From contig CAJXSL010000001.1 of NCBI GenBank assembly GCA_913060875.1, positions 576,464-640,463 of the forward strand: a stretch of DNA of 64,000 nt. The letters run 5' to 3'. Positions 49,086 to 59,053 of this stretch are shown here, piece by piece. Position numbers and translations under genes: made by a program. How positions within the stretch are numbered: position 1 is the first letter of the stretch; each line of letters opens with the position of its first letter. The stretch comes from an uncultured Desulfobacteraceae bacterium (GTDB lineage Bacteria > Desulfobacterota > Desulfobacteria > Desulfobacterales > UBA5852). The notes under the pieces were generated by a model. That model had not been told where the DNA came from. It saw only the letters and a list, made by a program, of their open reading frames with translations, and did no database searches.

Positions 49086-49703
49086 ATGATTGGATATATC
49101 GAAGGTAAGCTACTGAAAAAAGAAAATGAGCGGGTGTTGATCCTGGCCAATCAACTGGGCTATGAAGTGCTGCTTCCGGCCGTGGTGATGGAGACCATTC
49201 AACACAAGGCGCTTGGCGATCCGCTGGAGCTCTATATCTACTACCATCAAACCGAACGGCAACCGAAACCGGTGCTGATCGGTTTTAACATGGAAGTCGA
49301 AAAGGAATTTTTTCAATATTTCATTTCGGTTGAAGATATCGGGCCGATGAAGGCGGTCAAGGCCATGAATATGCCCGTGCGTGACATTGCAAGGGCCATT
49401 GAAAACGGGGATATTACCGCGTTGCGACGCCTGAAGGGGGTCGGTAACCGTACGGCGCAGAAAATTGTGGCGACCCTCTCCGGCAAAATGGACAAATTTG
49501 CCCTTATTCGTAAAGGCGAAGCACCTCCGGTGACGCCTGTGGAAGACTATTCCCAACTCGTACTGGACGTTTTGACAAAGCAGTTGGGCCACAAACCGGC
49601 GGATGCCAAACAGATGATTGCCGGGGCCCTTACCCGCAATCCGGCCATTGTCACGCCGGAGGAACTCTTTGATGAAATCTATCGCGGTGAAGAATTCGCA
49701 TGA
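49086..49703 (+). CDS. ruvA: Holliday junction branch-migration complex subunit RuvA
   Basis: [12 protein letters not shown] start, HhH motif [16 protein letters not shown] 49086 preferred over 48990. Confidence 0.92.
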   Translation: MIGYIEGKLLKKENERVLILANQLGYEVLLPAVVMETIQHKALGDPLELYIYYHQTERQPKPVLIGFNMEVEKEFFQYFISVEDIGPMKAVKAMNMPVRDIARAIENGDITALRRLKGVGNRTAQKIVATLSGKMDKFALIRKGEAPPVTPVEDYSQLVLDVLTKQLGHKPADAKQMIAGALTRNPAIVTPEELFDEIYRGEEFA

Positions 49704-50749
49704 GTGATGACATTTTGACCTATTCTTCGGATCGCAAGGGGATTTTGACCGAGAAGGAGACGCCCCAGGATCTGGAAACCGACATCCTTTCCCTACGGCC
49801 GGAAAGCCTGGATGATTATGTTGGCCAGGACCAGGCCGTGGAGACCCTTCGCATTGCCATTGAAGCCGCTAAACTGCGCGATGAACCGGTGGATCATGTT
49901 CTCTTTCATGGCCCGCCGGGGCTGGGCAAAACGACCCTGGCCCACATCATCGCCAACGAAACCGGCGGCACATTGACGGTGACCTCGGGGCCGGCCTTGG
50001 AGAAAGGAGGCGATTTGATCGGTGTCTTGACCCACCTTGAAGATGGCGACATTTTGTTCATCGATGAAATCCATCGGACGCCCAAATCGGTCGAAGAACT
50101 GCTTTACCCGGCCATGGAGGACTTCGCGATCGATTTTGTCTTTGACAAGGGGGTGCATGCCCGCAGCCATCGCTACCGCCTGCGTCGCTTCTGTATGGTC
50201 GGTGCCACCACGCGGGTCGGGCTGCTTTCGGCCCCCCTGCGGGACCGCTTCGGTATCATGCGCAGCCTGGATTTCTATGCGCTGGACGATCTTGTGAAAA
50301 TCACCAAACGTTCGGCGGCCCTGTTGAAGGTGCCCATCGAAGAGGATGCGGCCGTGGAACTGGCCCGTCGTTGCCGCGGGACGCCCCGGATCGTCAATCG
50401 ATTGCTGAAACGGGTTCGGGATTTCAGCCAGGTCCGGGCCAAAGGGCGGATTACCTGTGAAACGGTAGCCGCTGCGCTGGCGTTGGAGGGCGTCGATGAC
50501 CAGGGCCTGACCAAACTCGATCGTCGCTATTTACAGACGATTATCGATTATTATCGCGGCGGTCCGGTCGGCATCGAAGCGCTGGCGGCCACCCTTCAGG
50601 AAGAGACGGACACTCTGGTGGATGTGGTGGAACCCTATCTGCTCAAACAGGGTTTTCTGATGCGGACGTCATCGGGTCGCCGGGCTTCCGAAAGGGCCTA
50701 CAAGCATTTGGGGGTTTCCTGTCAACAGGGCTTGTTCCGCGAATCATAA
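49700..50749 (+). CDS. ruvB: Holliday junction branch-migration ATPase RuvB
   Basis: [12 protein letters not shown], Walker [10 protein letters not shown], Walker B FIDEIHR. ATGA overlap with ruvA. Confidence 0.96.
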   Translation: MSDDILTYSSDRKGILTEKETPQDLETDILSLRPESLDDYVGQDQAVETLRIAIEAAKLRDEPVDHVLFHGPPGLGKTTLAHIIANETGGTLTVTSGPALEKGGDLIGVLTHLEDGDILFIDEIHRTPKSVEELLYPAMEDFAIDFVFDKGVHARSHRYRLRRFCMVGATTRVGLLSAPLRDRFGIMRSLDFYALDDLVKITKRSAALLKVPIEEDAAVELARRCRGTPRIVNRLLKRVRDFSQVRAKGRITCETVAAALALEGVDDQGLTKLDRRYLQTIIDYYRGGPVGIEALAATLQEETDTLVDVVEPYLLKQGFLMRTSSGRRASERAYKHLGVSCQQGLFRES

Positions 50750-50753
50750 TGCC

Positions 50754-51572
50754 ATGGGGACAACACCAGCCATTATTTCCCTATTAACCGATTTCGGTGA
50801 CCGGGATGAGTATGTCGGGGTCATGAAGGGGGCTATTTTAAGCCGGGTTCCCCATGGGGTGATCGTTGATATCTGCCATCATATCGCGTCCCACGATATC
50901 CGCCAGGCGGCGGCCATGATCCTGGCCGCCTATCGCCATTTCCCGGAGGGTACCCTGCACGTCATGGTTGTGGACCCGGGGGTCGGCAGTAAGCGCGACA
51001 TCGTGTTTGCCAGGGCCCGGGCCTGCGGTTTTCTCTGTCCGGACAATGGTTTGCTCAGTGGGTTGCGGTTAGAGGGGATATTGCAGGATGTATGGCGGGT
51101 GACCAACAGGGCGCTGTTTGCGGAGGCTGTCAGCGCCACTTTCCACGGCCGAGATATCATCGCCCCGGTGGCAGGTTTTTTGGCTTCCGGCGGGCGCCCG
51201 GAATTGCTGGGACCGCCAATGGCCATCCGGGATCTGGTTTGCCTGGATGCGTTGGCGGCACGCCTGGCGACGGATGGAAGCTTGCAGGGCATCGTGGTGA
51301 ATGTGGATCGGTTTGGCAATGTGGTGACCAATATCGGGCGAGAGCTATTGACATCTTTCCTGGAAGGTGATCTGAAGCAATCTTTGACAATCAATCTCGC
51401 GGGGCGCCATCCCATTCCGTTGGTATCGACCTACAGTGACATTCCGGCCGGGAAATTGCTGGCACTGATCGGCAGCCGCGATACCCTTGAATTTGCCGTC
51501 AACCAGGGTAGCGCCGTCTCTTTGCTGAGTGTGGCGCCCGGCGCACCGGTGCGCGTCATATGCTTGCGCTAA
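50754..51572 (+). CDS. S-adenosyl-L-methionine hydroxide adenosyltransferase family protein (DUF62)
   Basis: LLTDFGDRDEYVGVMKGAI and HVMVVDPGVGS are family signatures. Confidence 0.85.
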   Translation: MGTTPAIISLLTDFGDRDEYVGVMKGAILSRVPHGVIVDICHHIASHDIRQAAAMILAAYRHFPEGTLHVMVVDPGVGSKRDIVFARARACGFLCPDNGLLSGLRLEGILQDVWRVTNRALFAEAVSATFHGRDIIAPVAGFLASGGRPELLGPPMAIRDLVCLDALAARLATDGSLQGIVVNVDRFGNVVTNIGRELLTSFLEGDLKQSLTINLAGRHPIPLVSTYSDIPAGKLLALIGSRDTLEFAVNQGSAVSLLSVAPGAPVRVICLR

Positions 51573-51612
51573 ACTCGGTTTTTGTTTTCTTAAGTGCCCG
51601 TTATCGAAAACG

Positions 51613-52590
51613 ATGAAGAAAAACTCAATCGCTTCAAAATTTGAGAAAAGCTGGACCGTGCTGCTGGTCGACGGCAAGGGGCGGGTTCGCCGCATTCGTA
51701 ACTTCCGGCAGAAATTATGGGCGATTGCCGGGCTCAGTGCCGGTGCACTCATTGTGGCCGCCGTTATGGGCGTTCTTTATGGGGGCATGGTTCAAAAACA
51801 GATAGCGCTTTCAGAGGAAGCGGATGCCTTGCGGGAAGAAATCACTGCCCTTCAGCAGCAAAATGAATTGTTGAAAGTCCGGGCTGTGCGTGTGGAGGCT
51901 CAAGCGGGGAAAACAGCGCCATCGGCGGCCTCTACACCGCCGCCCGCTAAACCTTCAATTGCAGTCCCAGCCGCTGGTGAATCCGGTGATGCGACAACGT
52001 CTTCACCAGCCCCTCCGGTGACGGCCGCCCCATCGCCGGTGGCGGAAGTGCCGGTGACCGCAACACCTGAAAAGAAGCCCGAACAGAAGCCGGAGCCTCG
52101 GGTGGATGTGGAAGGATTGAAGGTCGCCTACCAGACCGATACGGAAACAATTGAGGCCCAGTTTGTCATCAAAAACACCGGTCAGGGGTCTGCCGGAGGG
52201 CGGGCTGTGGTGGTGTTGCATACCGAAGAGGGGCCTTCGGCTCTGCGATTTTCCCTTCCGTCCGTACCCTTGAGGGATGGCCGACCCGTTGGCAATCGGG
52301 GACGACGATTTTCCATATCACGTTTTATGACTTTAAAATTACAACGAAAATTTGCTGAACCCGGTATGCGATTTACATCGGCTGAGGTCTACGCCTATTC
52401 TCTGGAAGGCCAAGCGCTCTTGGAGAAAACCTTCGAAGTGGCATTGGATATCCCAGAGAAAAAGGCGCCTGCGACCACCGCACCAAATCCAGAACCTCCG
52501 GAGGATAGCGACACGACCGTCGCTCCACTGGGACTCAGTTTGCCGGAACCGAAACCCGAACCCGAAGAAACCAAAGGAACGCTGCCGTGA
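51613..52590 (+). CDS. Bitopic membrane protein: cytoplasmic N-terminus, TM anchor, coiled coil, Pro/Ala-rich linker, beta-rich C-domain (unknown family)
   Basis: ATG 51613 preferred. TM segment LWAIAGLSAGALIVAAVMGVLYGG, heptad region EEADALREEITALQQQNELLK, then a PA-rich stretch. GTGA overlap with the bactofilin gene. Confidence 0.55.
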   Translation: MKKNSIASKFEKSWTVLLVDGKGRVRRIRNFRQKLWAIAGLSAGALIVAAVMGVLYGGMVQKQIALSEEADALREEITALQQQNELLKVRAVRVEAQAGKTAPSAASTPPPAKPSIAVPAAGESGDATTSSPAPPVTAAPSPVAEVPVTATPEKKPEQKPEPRVDVEGLKVAYQTDTETIEAQFVIKNTGQGSAGGRAVVVLHTEEGPSALRFSLPSVPLRDGRPVGNRGRRFSISRFMTLKLQRKFAEPGMRFTSAEVYAYSLEGQALLEKTFEVALDIPEKKAPATTAPNPEPPEDSDTTVAPLGLSLPEPKPEPEETKGTLP

Positions 52591-52973
52591 CCCGCAAAAA
52601 AAACTTTTTATCGATTGTCGATGATGGGTTCTCGGTGGAAGGCGACATCGAATTTACCGGCGAGTTGTTGATTCGGGGAAGGGTTGGCGGCAACGTCAAG
52701 GGGGAAACAGTGACGATTGCCGAAGCAGGGGTGGCAACAGCGGACATGCGAGTCGACCGTTTGACCGTTGGAGGACGTTTTGACGGAGAGGTGCATGCCG
52801 CCGATGAACTCGTTGTGCTGCCCACAGGTCAATGCGAGGGGCGTGTTCAATGCCGGAATCTGGTGGTTCATGAGGGGGGGCGTCTCAATGCGGATGTTCG
52901 GCAGATCGATCCGAAGGAATCCTTTCGCGAAAAAAAACTTTCTTCACCAACCAAGCCGGTTATTGATCTTTAA
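52587..52973 (+). CDS. Bactofilin-family cytoskeletal protein
   Basis: DUF583-type beta-helix repeats: VEGDIEFTGELLIRGRVGGNVKGETVTIAEAGVATADMRVDRLTVGGRFDGEVHA. Confidence 0.85.
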   Translation: MTRKKNFLSIVDDGFSVEGDIEFTGELLIRGRVGGNVKGETVTIAEAGVATADMRVDRLTVGGRFDGEVHAADELVVLPTGQCEGRVQCRNLVVHEGGRLNADVRQIDPKESFREKKLSSPTKPVIDL

Positions 52974-53773
52974 CGGCCCGATGACGACCCTTTGAGGATA
53001 AATTCCGCCCCCACCGGATAATGATCCGAAGGATAGCGGTCAGCGGCTGGAAACCGGATCACACCCGCGCGTCGAACCGCAATCATGCCCCGATAGAGAA
53101 TCCAATCAATGCAAATCCGGCCGTCACCACCCCGGAAGCCGTGAAATGTTCCTGGGAAGGGGGCTTGCAGGACGTTGCGAAATGGGGCTGACTGTGGTTC
53201 GGAGGGTGGCCCGGGTTGGGTGAAGGCTCCATGACAGGCTGAGTTTGGCTCACAGTTGAAATCGCCGCCCAAGACGGCCGGCCGGCCGGCAGCCAATCGG
53301 TCGATACGTTGCCGGATGAGATCGGCGCTGGCCACCTGGACGGATTCTTCGAAATCCAGGTGGGTGGCCCCACAGACCAGTTCATCTGACCCGGCATGGA
53401 AAAGGCCCAGGGTGCATTGCCGCGGCCAGCGGCTGTCGGGGAAACGGCTGGGGATATCCGGTGTCGCGCTGAGGAAGAAATGTTCCCATGCGTCCAATTG
53501 CCACGGCGCGCGATAAAAGATGACGTTGTTTTGCCAGAAGGCCGGGGCGGGAAGGCGTTGCCCGATGCGGTTATAGTCCGGAAGGTTCGCGGCCAGGAAA
53601 TCGATTTGGAAATCATTGGCCTCCTGGAATAACATGAAGTCGCTGGTGTGCGTTGAAAGGAATTGCCTCAACGGGGCACGGCGATGAATCCAGGCGTTCG
53701 CACCGTCGTCCGCCAACCCGAAGCGCAAATTAAGGGTCAGAACGGAAAACGTTTGTCGTTGCGCGTCGTTCAT
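52970..53773 (-). CDS. Endonuclease/exonuclease/phosphatase (EEP) family protein
   Basis: VLTLNLRFG, MLFQEA, LGGDFN and SDHYPV catalytic motifs. Confidence 0.85.
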   Translation of the reverse strand: MNDAQRQTFSVLTLNLRFGLADDGANAWIHRRAPLRQFLSTHTSDFMLFQEANDFQIDFLAANLPDYNRIGQRLPAPAFWQNNVIFYRAPWQLDAWEHFFLSATPDIPSRFPDSRWPRQCTLGLFHAGSDELVCGATHLDFEESVQVASADLIRQRIDRLAAGRPAVLGGDFNCEPNSACHGAFTQPGPPSEPQSAPFRNVLQAPFPGTFHGFRGGDGRICIDWILYRGMIAVRRAGVIRFPAADRYPSDHYPVGAEFILKGSSSGR

Positions 53774-54432
53774 GGAATCGATCCCATTTCAAAGCCACGA
53801 AGTGTCGGTTCCAGATCGGCCGGTACGTTTTGGAAATTGTCAAAGGTGACATCGGTGAAGGGCAGGCCCAAACGCGTGCGGATGGCATCAAACATCTGCA
53901 GATAATTGGCCAGAATGCGTCGGTGCCATTCAAGACCGAGGCGCTTGGCAACGAGAGGAATCGTCTCCGCCGTGCCTTCGATTTCGATGAAATGGCCATA
54001 GGGCATATGGTCCAGGCAGATTTCCGTGGCGCCCATTTCAAATGTCTCGCGTTGTTTTTCATACACCTGGGCGCGATGGTAGCCGAGGGCTGCCAGAATC
54101 CGGTGGGTGGTATCGAAGTCCGACACCTCGATTTCCAACTCCTCGTGGGTTTTAAACTGGCGTCCGCCTTCGGGATGCGGTCGTTTGAAGGTCAGCCGGC
54201 TGCGGCGGTCCCGGCGCAGCCGCAACAGACATTGGGTGGACAGCAGATTCCGGCCGGCATCGTCATAGCGGAAGTTGGTTTCAAAGACGTTGCCCCGCGA
54301 AACGGCCCCGGCCTCTAAAAGTCGCTGGCGTATGGTTTCGAAATCCGTTATCAGGAATTTGACTTCGGTCTCGATCATGACGGTAAGCTCCGTATCCTGG
54401 ATGTGGCCACGTGTGGATGACGTGACAGGCAT
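53770..54432 (-). CDS. CYTH-domain protein (class IV adenylate cyclase / triphosphate tunnel metalloenzyme)
   Basis: ExExK motif in MIETEVKFLI, with LRLRRD...LTFK...EELEIEV strands. The likely true start is ATG 54378. 4-nt overlap with the EEP gene. Confidence 0.8.
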   Translation of the reverse strand: MPVTSSTRGHIQDTELTVMIETEVKFLITDFETIRQRLLEAGAVSRGNVFETNFRYDDAGRNLLSTQCLLRLRRDRRSRLTFKRPHPEGGRQFKTHEELEIEVSDFDTTHRILAALGYHRAQVYEKQRETFEMGATEICLDHMPYGHFIEIEGTAETIPLVAKRLGLEWHRRILANYLQMFDAIRTRLGLPFTDVTFDNFQNVPADLEPTLRGFEMGSIP

Positions 54433-54592
54433 GGGGGGGCGGGCCGCAAGGCGCCGCGATGGGAATCGGATCGTGGACCCCGGCCGTGAAATGGTTTCGC
54501 TATAGGGGAATTCAACACCGGTGTCAATCGGTGCGTTTAAACTGATGACGGCGGACCGGCATGCGGGTGCGAAACGGTCAATAAAAAAAATA

Positions 54593-54621
54593 TTGACACG
54601 CCCTGCCGAATCAATTAATAG
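54593..54621 (+). promoter_or_regulatory. Candidate sigma-70 promoter of rplM-rpsI
   Basis: TTGACA (54593-54598), 17 nt, TAATAG (54616-54621), preceded by an A-tract (AATAAAAAAAATA) that could act as an UP element. Confidence 0.45.
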
Positions 54622-54654
54622 TCACAGATTCTTTTATCCATAGGAGTCGAACAC

Positions 54655-55092
54655 GTGAAAAAATATACACCGAGCGCGAAAAAAACGGATAATGAAGGCA
54701 AATGGTATGTCATCGATGCGGAGGACGCTGTTCTTGGGCGTCTGGCCACGAAAGTGGCAACGCATCTGCGGGGCAAGCATAACCCGGCATTCACCCCCCA
54801 TGTGGATACGGGGGATTGGGTGGTGGTGATCAATGCCGAGAAAATCGTTTTAACCGGGCGCAAATGGGACCAGAAGTTTTACCATCGCCACAGTGGCTAC
54901 GTTGGCGGGTTGACCTCCATCAATGCCCGCAAACTGAAGGAAAAACGCCCGGAAGATCTGGTTCGTTTTGCCGTCAAAGGCATGCTGCCGAAAAACCGAC
55001 TGGGCCGCCAGCTGTTCAAAAAGCTCAAGGTTTATGTTGGTAATGAACACCCCCATGAGGCCCAACAGCCCGAGACGTTGACATTAAGCTAG
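54655..55092 (+). CDS. rplM: 50S ribosomal protein L13
   Basis: GTG start after an [35 protein letters not shown] is a classic L13 N-terminus. Confidence 0.97.
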   Translation: MKKYTPSAKKTDNEGKWYVIDAEDAVLGRLATKVATHLRGKHNPAFTPHVDTGDWVVVINAEKIVLTGRKWDQKFYHRHSGYVGGLTSINARKLKEKRPEDLVRFAVKGMLPKNRLGRQLFKKLKVYVGNEHPHEAQQPETLTLS

Positions 55093-55134
55093 TTTGCCAA
55101 TTGGCCAAAAAGGAACTTAGGGATAGACAAGATC

Positions 55135-55524
55135 ATGGAAAATACGTTTTACGCTACTGGAAGACGCAAGTCGGCCATTGCCCGAACTTACATGACACCC
55201 GGAACCGGTAAGATTACCGTGAACAACCGACCGATTGACGATTATTTTCAGGTTGAGACGGCCAAGATGGATTTGTACCAACCGCTGGTCCTCACCAATA
55301 CCCGCGATACCTATGATATCCAGGTGCGGGTGGTGGGCGGTGGCATCTCCGGACAGGCGGGTGCCATTCGTCACGGTATTACGCGGGCGCTGATTTTGGC
55401 CAATCCCGAGTTTCGCGGACCGCTTAAAAAAGCCGGGTTTGTCAAACGTGATCCCCGCGTCAAAGAGCGAAAAAAATACGGACAGCGCGGTGCCCGCGCC
55501 CGTTTCCAGTTTTCCAAGCGTTAA
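55135..55524 (+). CDS. rpsI: 30S ribosomal protein S9
   Basis: [13 protein letters not shown] ... and C-terminal [19 protein letters not shown]. Confidence 0.97.
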   Translation: MENTFYATGRRKSAIARTYMTPGTGKITVNNRPIDDYFQVETAKMDLYQPLVLTNTRDTYDIQVRVVGGGISGQAGAIRHGITRALILANPEFRGPLKKAGFVKRDPRVKERKKYGQRGARARFQFSKR

Positions 55525-55550
55525 TTCGCACGCTGGTTGTGACAATTCAA

Positions 55551-55579
55551 AAGGGGGGCTGTTTAGGCCCCCTTTTTTT
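55551..55579 (+). terminator. Rho-independent terminator after rpsI
   Basis: GGGGGC-loop-GCCCCC stem followed by 7 T. Confidence 0.75.
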
Positions 55580-55763
55580 GTGCGCAATCAGCGCATTTGC
55601 CCCCCTTTCTTTTCCCCGTTTCATGATCTTTTTGCGGCCTATCGATGCCTGAAAAAGTGATCTGCATCACACCTTTCGCTGCCGCTAACCGCTGTTTTTC
55701 AATTTATAACTACCTGAATTAAAATTAAAAAATATCATTAATAAAAAATTTTGGAAATTATCG

Positions 55764-55829
55764 TTGACAAGATTTTACTTTCTTGACTAAATAGGTCGGA
55801 AATAAACCCGACTTAAAAAGTCAAGAAAG
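55764..55829 (+). promoter_or_regulatory. Candidate sigma-70 promoter overlapped by a nested palindrome (putative Rrf2 operator) upstream of rrf2-hmc
   Basis: TTGACA (55764-55769), 18 nt, TAAATA (55788-55793). Outer inverted repeat CTTTCTTGACT (55778-55788) / AGTCAAGAAAG (55819-55829) encloses an inner GTCGG-N8-CCGAC. It ends 7 nt before ATG 55837. Confidence 0.45.
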
Positions 55830-55836
55830 AAAACGG

Positions 55837-56262
55837 ATGTTTTTGACCCAGAGAAACCAATATGCCCTGAGGGCCATCGTTGAGCTCGCCAAGCGGGTTG
55901 GAACGGGTCCGGTCAAGGTATCCGAGATCGCCGAGGCCCAGGCCATACCCCGACGGTTTCTGGAGGTGATTCTGGGACAGCTGAAGGGCAGTGGCCTGGT
56001 TACCGCCAAACGGGGGTACCACGGTGGGTATATTCTTATCGGGGAGCCGGAAAAAATTACGGTGGGCAGTGTGATTCGCTATTTGCAGGGGGAACCGGAC
56101 CCCAAGGATTGCCAAACATGTGTTTTCAAACTGCAGTGCCCGACTGACAGGGAATGTGCCTTTGCCTCCCTGTGGAACCGGGTCAATGAGGCGGTTTTCG
56201 GTATTTTCGACGAGACCACGATTCAGGATCTGGTTGAAGGCGAAAAAGTGGTCGAGTCCTGA
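55837..56262 (+). CDS. Rrf2-family transcriptional regulator
   Basis: Winged-HTH N-terminus LTQRNQYALRAIVELAK...VSEIAEAQAIPRRFLEVILGQLKGSGLV and a C-terminal Cys cluster (C..C.....C). Confidence 0.9.
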   Translation: MFLTQRNQYALRAIVELAKRVGTGPVKVSEIAEAQAIPRRFLEVILGQLKGSGLVTAKRGYHGGYILIGEPEKITVGSVIRYLQGEPDPKDCQTCVFKLQCPTDRECAFASLWNRVNEAVFGIFDETTIQDLVEGEKVVES

Positions 56263-56307
56263 GGTCTGTTTATTCAATTCACGGGTACATCGATGAGGGT
56301 TCAGAAC

Positions 56308-57885
56308 ATGGAGAAAGGAAGAAAACTTCTACGATGGACAGGAGTTATGGCCGTATCAGCCTTCCTGCTGGCATTCGGTGCTGCCGTTTACGGGGTTCCG
56401 CAACAGGGCGGGGATGATGAGGTTCGCAGTGCCGATATTGTCGTGATCGACACCATGAGGAGCTTCGGCCGGCTGGATCGTCCCCCGGTGGTATACCGGC
56501 ATGACAAGCACACGGAGGCCCTGCAGAAAAAGGGCAAGGATTGTGCGGCCTGTCACCTGAAGGATGACAAGCAGCGGCTTTCGCAGAAGTACATGCGACT
56601 GACGGATTTGGATCGTGACGCCACCATGCGTGTATATCATGATAACTGCATTGCCTGTCATACCGAAACGCTGTCGACCGGTGAAAAGGGCGGACCGGTG
56701 ACCTGTGGCGAGTGTCATGTGAAATCGCCTACGGCGGTGTCATCCTGGAAGGCCATCGGTATGGACAAATCCCTCCATTATCGGCACGCCAAGGCCCAGG
56801 AGAATAAATGCGGCCAGTGTCACCACGAATATGACGACAAGGCCCAAAAGCTGATTTATGTCGAGGGCAAAGAAAGCTCCTGCCGCTATTGCCACAAGGA
56901 GCAGCTTGAAGAAAAACGCATGCCCCTCCGGGAAGCTTCCCATCAGGCCTGCATTGCCTGCCACCAGGAAACCCTGGCCAAGAAAAAAGAAGCCGGGCCG
57001 GTCAATTGCGGCGGGTGCCACGATCCCGAGAAACAGCTGGAAATTGCGACCCTGCAAAATGTGCCGCGCATGAAGCGCAACCAGCCGGATGTGGTGTTTG
57101 TCAAAACCGGTGCCAAATCGGCGATGACGCCCGAGGGGGCCCTGCGCGCCAAAGCGGTACCGTTCAATCATCAGGCCCATGAAACCTATAATGACACCTG
57201 CCGCGCCTGCCACCACGCCAGCCTGACCTCGTGTGCCGACTGCCACACGATCAACGGTGCCAAAGAGGGCAATTTCGTCCAACTGGAACAGGCCATGCAC
57301 CAACTGCGCACCGATGCCTCCTGTCTGGGATGCCACACCAAGGCTCAGGAGGACAAGTCTTGTGCCGGCTGTCATGCCTTTATCGAAAAAGGGCTCAAAA
57401 AGGACACGGCCACCTGCCAGGCCTGCCATGTGGAAGGGGCGCCGGCCGGCTCTGAAATTACCGGCAAGCCGGAGGAAGCCATGCTGGCGGCCATGCTGCT
57501 GAATGCCCGCACCCCGGTCACCGGAACCATGCCGGTGGACGATATCCCGGAAAAAGTCGTCATCAACAAACTGGAAAAGAAATACCAGCCGGTGGAAATG
57601 CCGCACCGCAAAATCGTGCAGGCTTTGGTGAAGGGTATCGGCGACAATAAACTGGCCGCGAACTTTCACGCCGACCCCGGCACCATCTGCCAGGGATGCC
57701 ACCACAACAGCCCCATCGCGAAGAAACCGCCCCAGTGCGCCAGCTGCCACGGTCAACCTTTCGATGTAAAGAAATCGGATGCCCCCGGCTTGCTGGGTGC
57801 CTATCACATCCAGTGTATGGGCTGCCACTCCGAAATGGGGATCGAGAAACCGGTGGGCTGTACCGAGTGTCACAAGGAAAAGTAA
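56308..57885 (+). CDS. hmcA: High-molecular-weight 16-haem cytochrome c HmcA
   Basis: Signal peptide. I count 16 CxxCH motifs in the translation. About 525 aa, followed by hmcB-F homologues. Confidence 0.9.
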   Translation: MEKGRKLLRWTGVMAVSAFLLAFGAAVYGVPQQGGDDEVRSADIVVIDTMRSFGRLDRPPVVYRHDKHTEALQKKGKDCAACHLKDDKQRLSQKYMRLTDLDRDATMRVYHDNCIACHTETLSTGEKGGPVTCGECHVKSPTAVSSWKAIGMDKSLHYRHAKAQENKCGQCHHEYDDKAQKLIYVEGKESSCRYCHKEQLEEKRMPLREASHQACIACHQETLAKKKEAGPVNCGGCHDPEKQLEIATLQNVPRMKRNQPDVVFVKTGAKSAMTPEGALRAKAVPFNHQAHETYNDTCRACHHASLTSCADCHTINGAKEGNFVQLEQAMHQLRTDASCLGCHTKAQEDKSCAGCHAFIEKGLKKDTATCQACHVEGAPAGSEITGKPEEAMLAAMLLNARTPVTGTMPVDDIPEKVVINKLEKKYQPVEMPHRKIVQALVKGIGDNKLAANFHADPGTICQGCHHNSPIAKKPPQCASCHGQPFDVKKSDAPGLLGAYHIQCMGCHSEMGIEKPVGCTECHKEK

Positions 57886-57919
57886 CTATTAACCGGCTGT
57901 AACTGCTTGAGGTAATATC

Positions 57920-59053
57920 ATGGCTATTACGCGGAGAAAGTTTTTAAGTTGGATGGGCGCAGCAGGTGTCGGGGTTACGGTAGGTAAATCCGCCCAGGCT
58001 GCATCGAATAAACATTTTACCGGTTACCCCGACGGCATGGGGGTGCTGCACGATATCGCACGCTGTGTGGGCTGCCGATCCTGTGAAGCGGCCTGCAACA
58101 CCGTCAACCAGCTGCCCCCGCCGGAAACGTCCTTCAAGGATCTCGCGGTCCTGGATCGCAAGCGGCGAACGACGCCGGCCGAATATACCGTGGTCAACCG
58201 TTTCGATGCCGCCGGAGAAGGATCCAAGCCGATCTACAGCAAGAATCAATGCAACCACTGCCTGGAGCCCGCCTGTGCATCGGCCTGCTTCGTGAAAGCT
58301 TTCAGCAAATCCGAAGAGGGGGCCGTAGTCTATGATGCCTCGGTTTGCGTGGGATGCCGCTACTGCATGATTGCCTGCCCCTTTGAGATTCCCACCTACG
58401 AATACGACAAGGCCCTGACCCCGCGGGTGATGAAATGCACCCTGTGTCATCCCCGCGTCCAGGAAGGCAAACTGCCGGGGTGTGTGGAGTCCTGCCCGAC
58501 AGAGGCCCTGACGTTCGGCAAACGTGAGGATTTGTTGAAAATTGCCCGGGAGCGCATTCGCAGGAATCCGGACCTGTATATCGACCATATCTATGGCGAG
58601 CATGAAATGGGCGGTACGAGTTGGCTTTATATTTCCAATGTGCCTTTCCGCGACATAGGGATGCGCGAGGATTTGGGGGTCACCCCGGCGCCGGCCCTGA
58701 CATCGGGGGCGCTGGGGTCCGTACCGATTGTGGTCGGTCTGTGGCCTGTTTTGCTGACGGGCATTTATGCCATTTCCCAGCGCAAGGATAAAGTCGCCGA
58801 AGAGGAGCAGGCCCTGGCCGTAGAGGCCGCGCGCACCGCAACCCAAGACGAAGCCGCTGCGGAGTTGAAGAAGACGCTGGAGATGAAAGAAAAAGAGAAA
58901 GAAACCGCCGTCAACATGGCGGTCAAGAAGGCGTTGGAAGAGGCGGCCAAAGCGCAGGAAGAAGCGGCCCAGGCCCGTGAAGAGGCCGCCCCGGAGGCGG
59001 CACCCGAAGTTCAAGACGACAAGGATGCGAAGCAAACGGAGGAGGATTCCTGA
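57920..59053 (+). CDS. hmcB: HmcB: Tat-exported 4x[4Fe-4S] ferredoxin-type subunit with a C-terminal TM anchor
   Basis: Twin-arginine signal [14 protein letters not shown]. Cys clusters [40 protein letters not shown]...CVESCP. One TM helix near the C-terminus. Confidence 0.88.
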   Translation: MAITRRKFLSWMGAAGVGVTVGKSAQAASNKHFTGYPDGMGVLHDIARCVGCRSCEAACNTVNQLPPPETSFKDLAVLDRKRRTTPAEYTVVNRFDAAGEGSKPIYSKNQCNHCLEPACASACFVKAFSKSEEGAVVYDASVCVGCRYCMIACPFEIPTYEYDKALTPRVMKCTLCHPRVQEGKLPGCVESCPTEALTFGKREDLLKIARERIRRNPDLYIDHIYGEHEMGGTSWLYISNVPFRDIGMREDLGVTPAPALTSGALGSVPIVVGLWPVLLTGIYAISQRKDKVAEEEQALAVEAARTATQDEAAAELKKTLEMKEKEKETAVNMAVKKALEEAAKAQEEAAQAREEAAPEAAPEVQDDKDAKQTEEDS

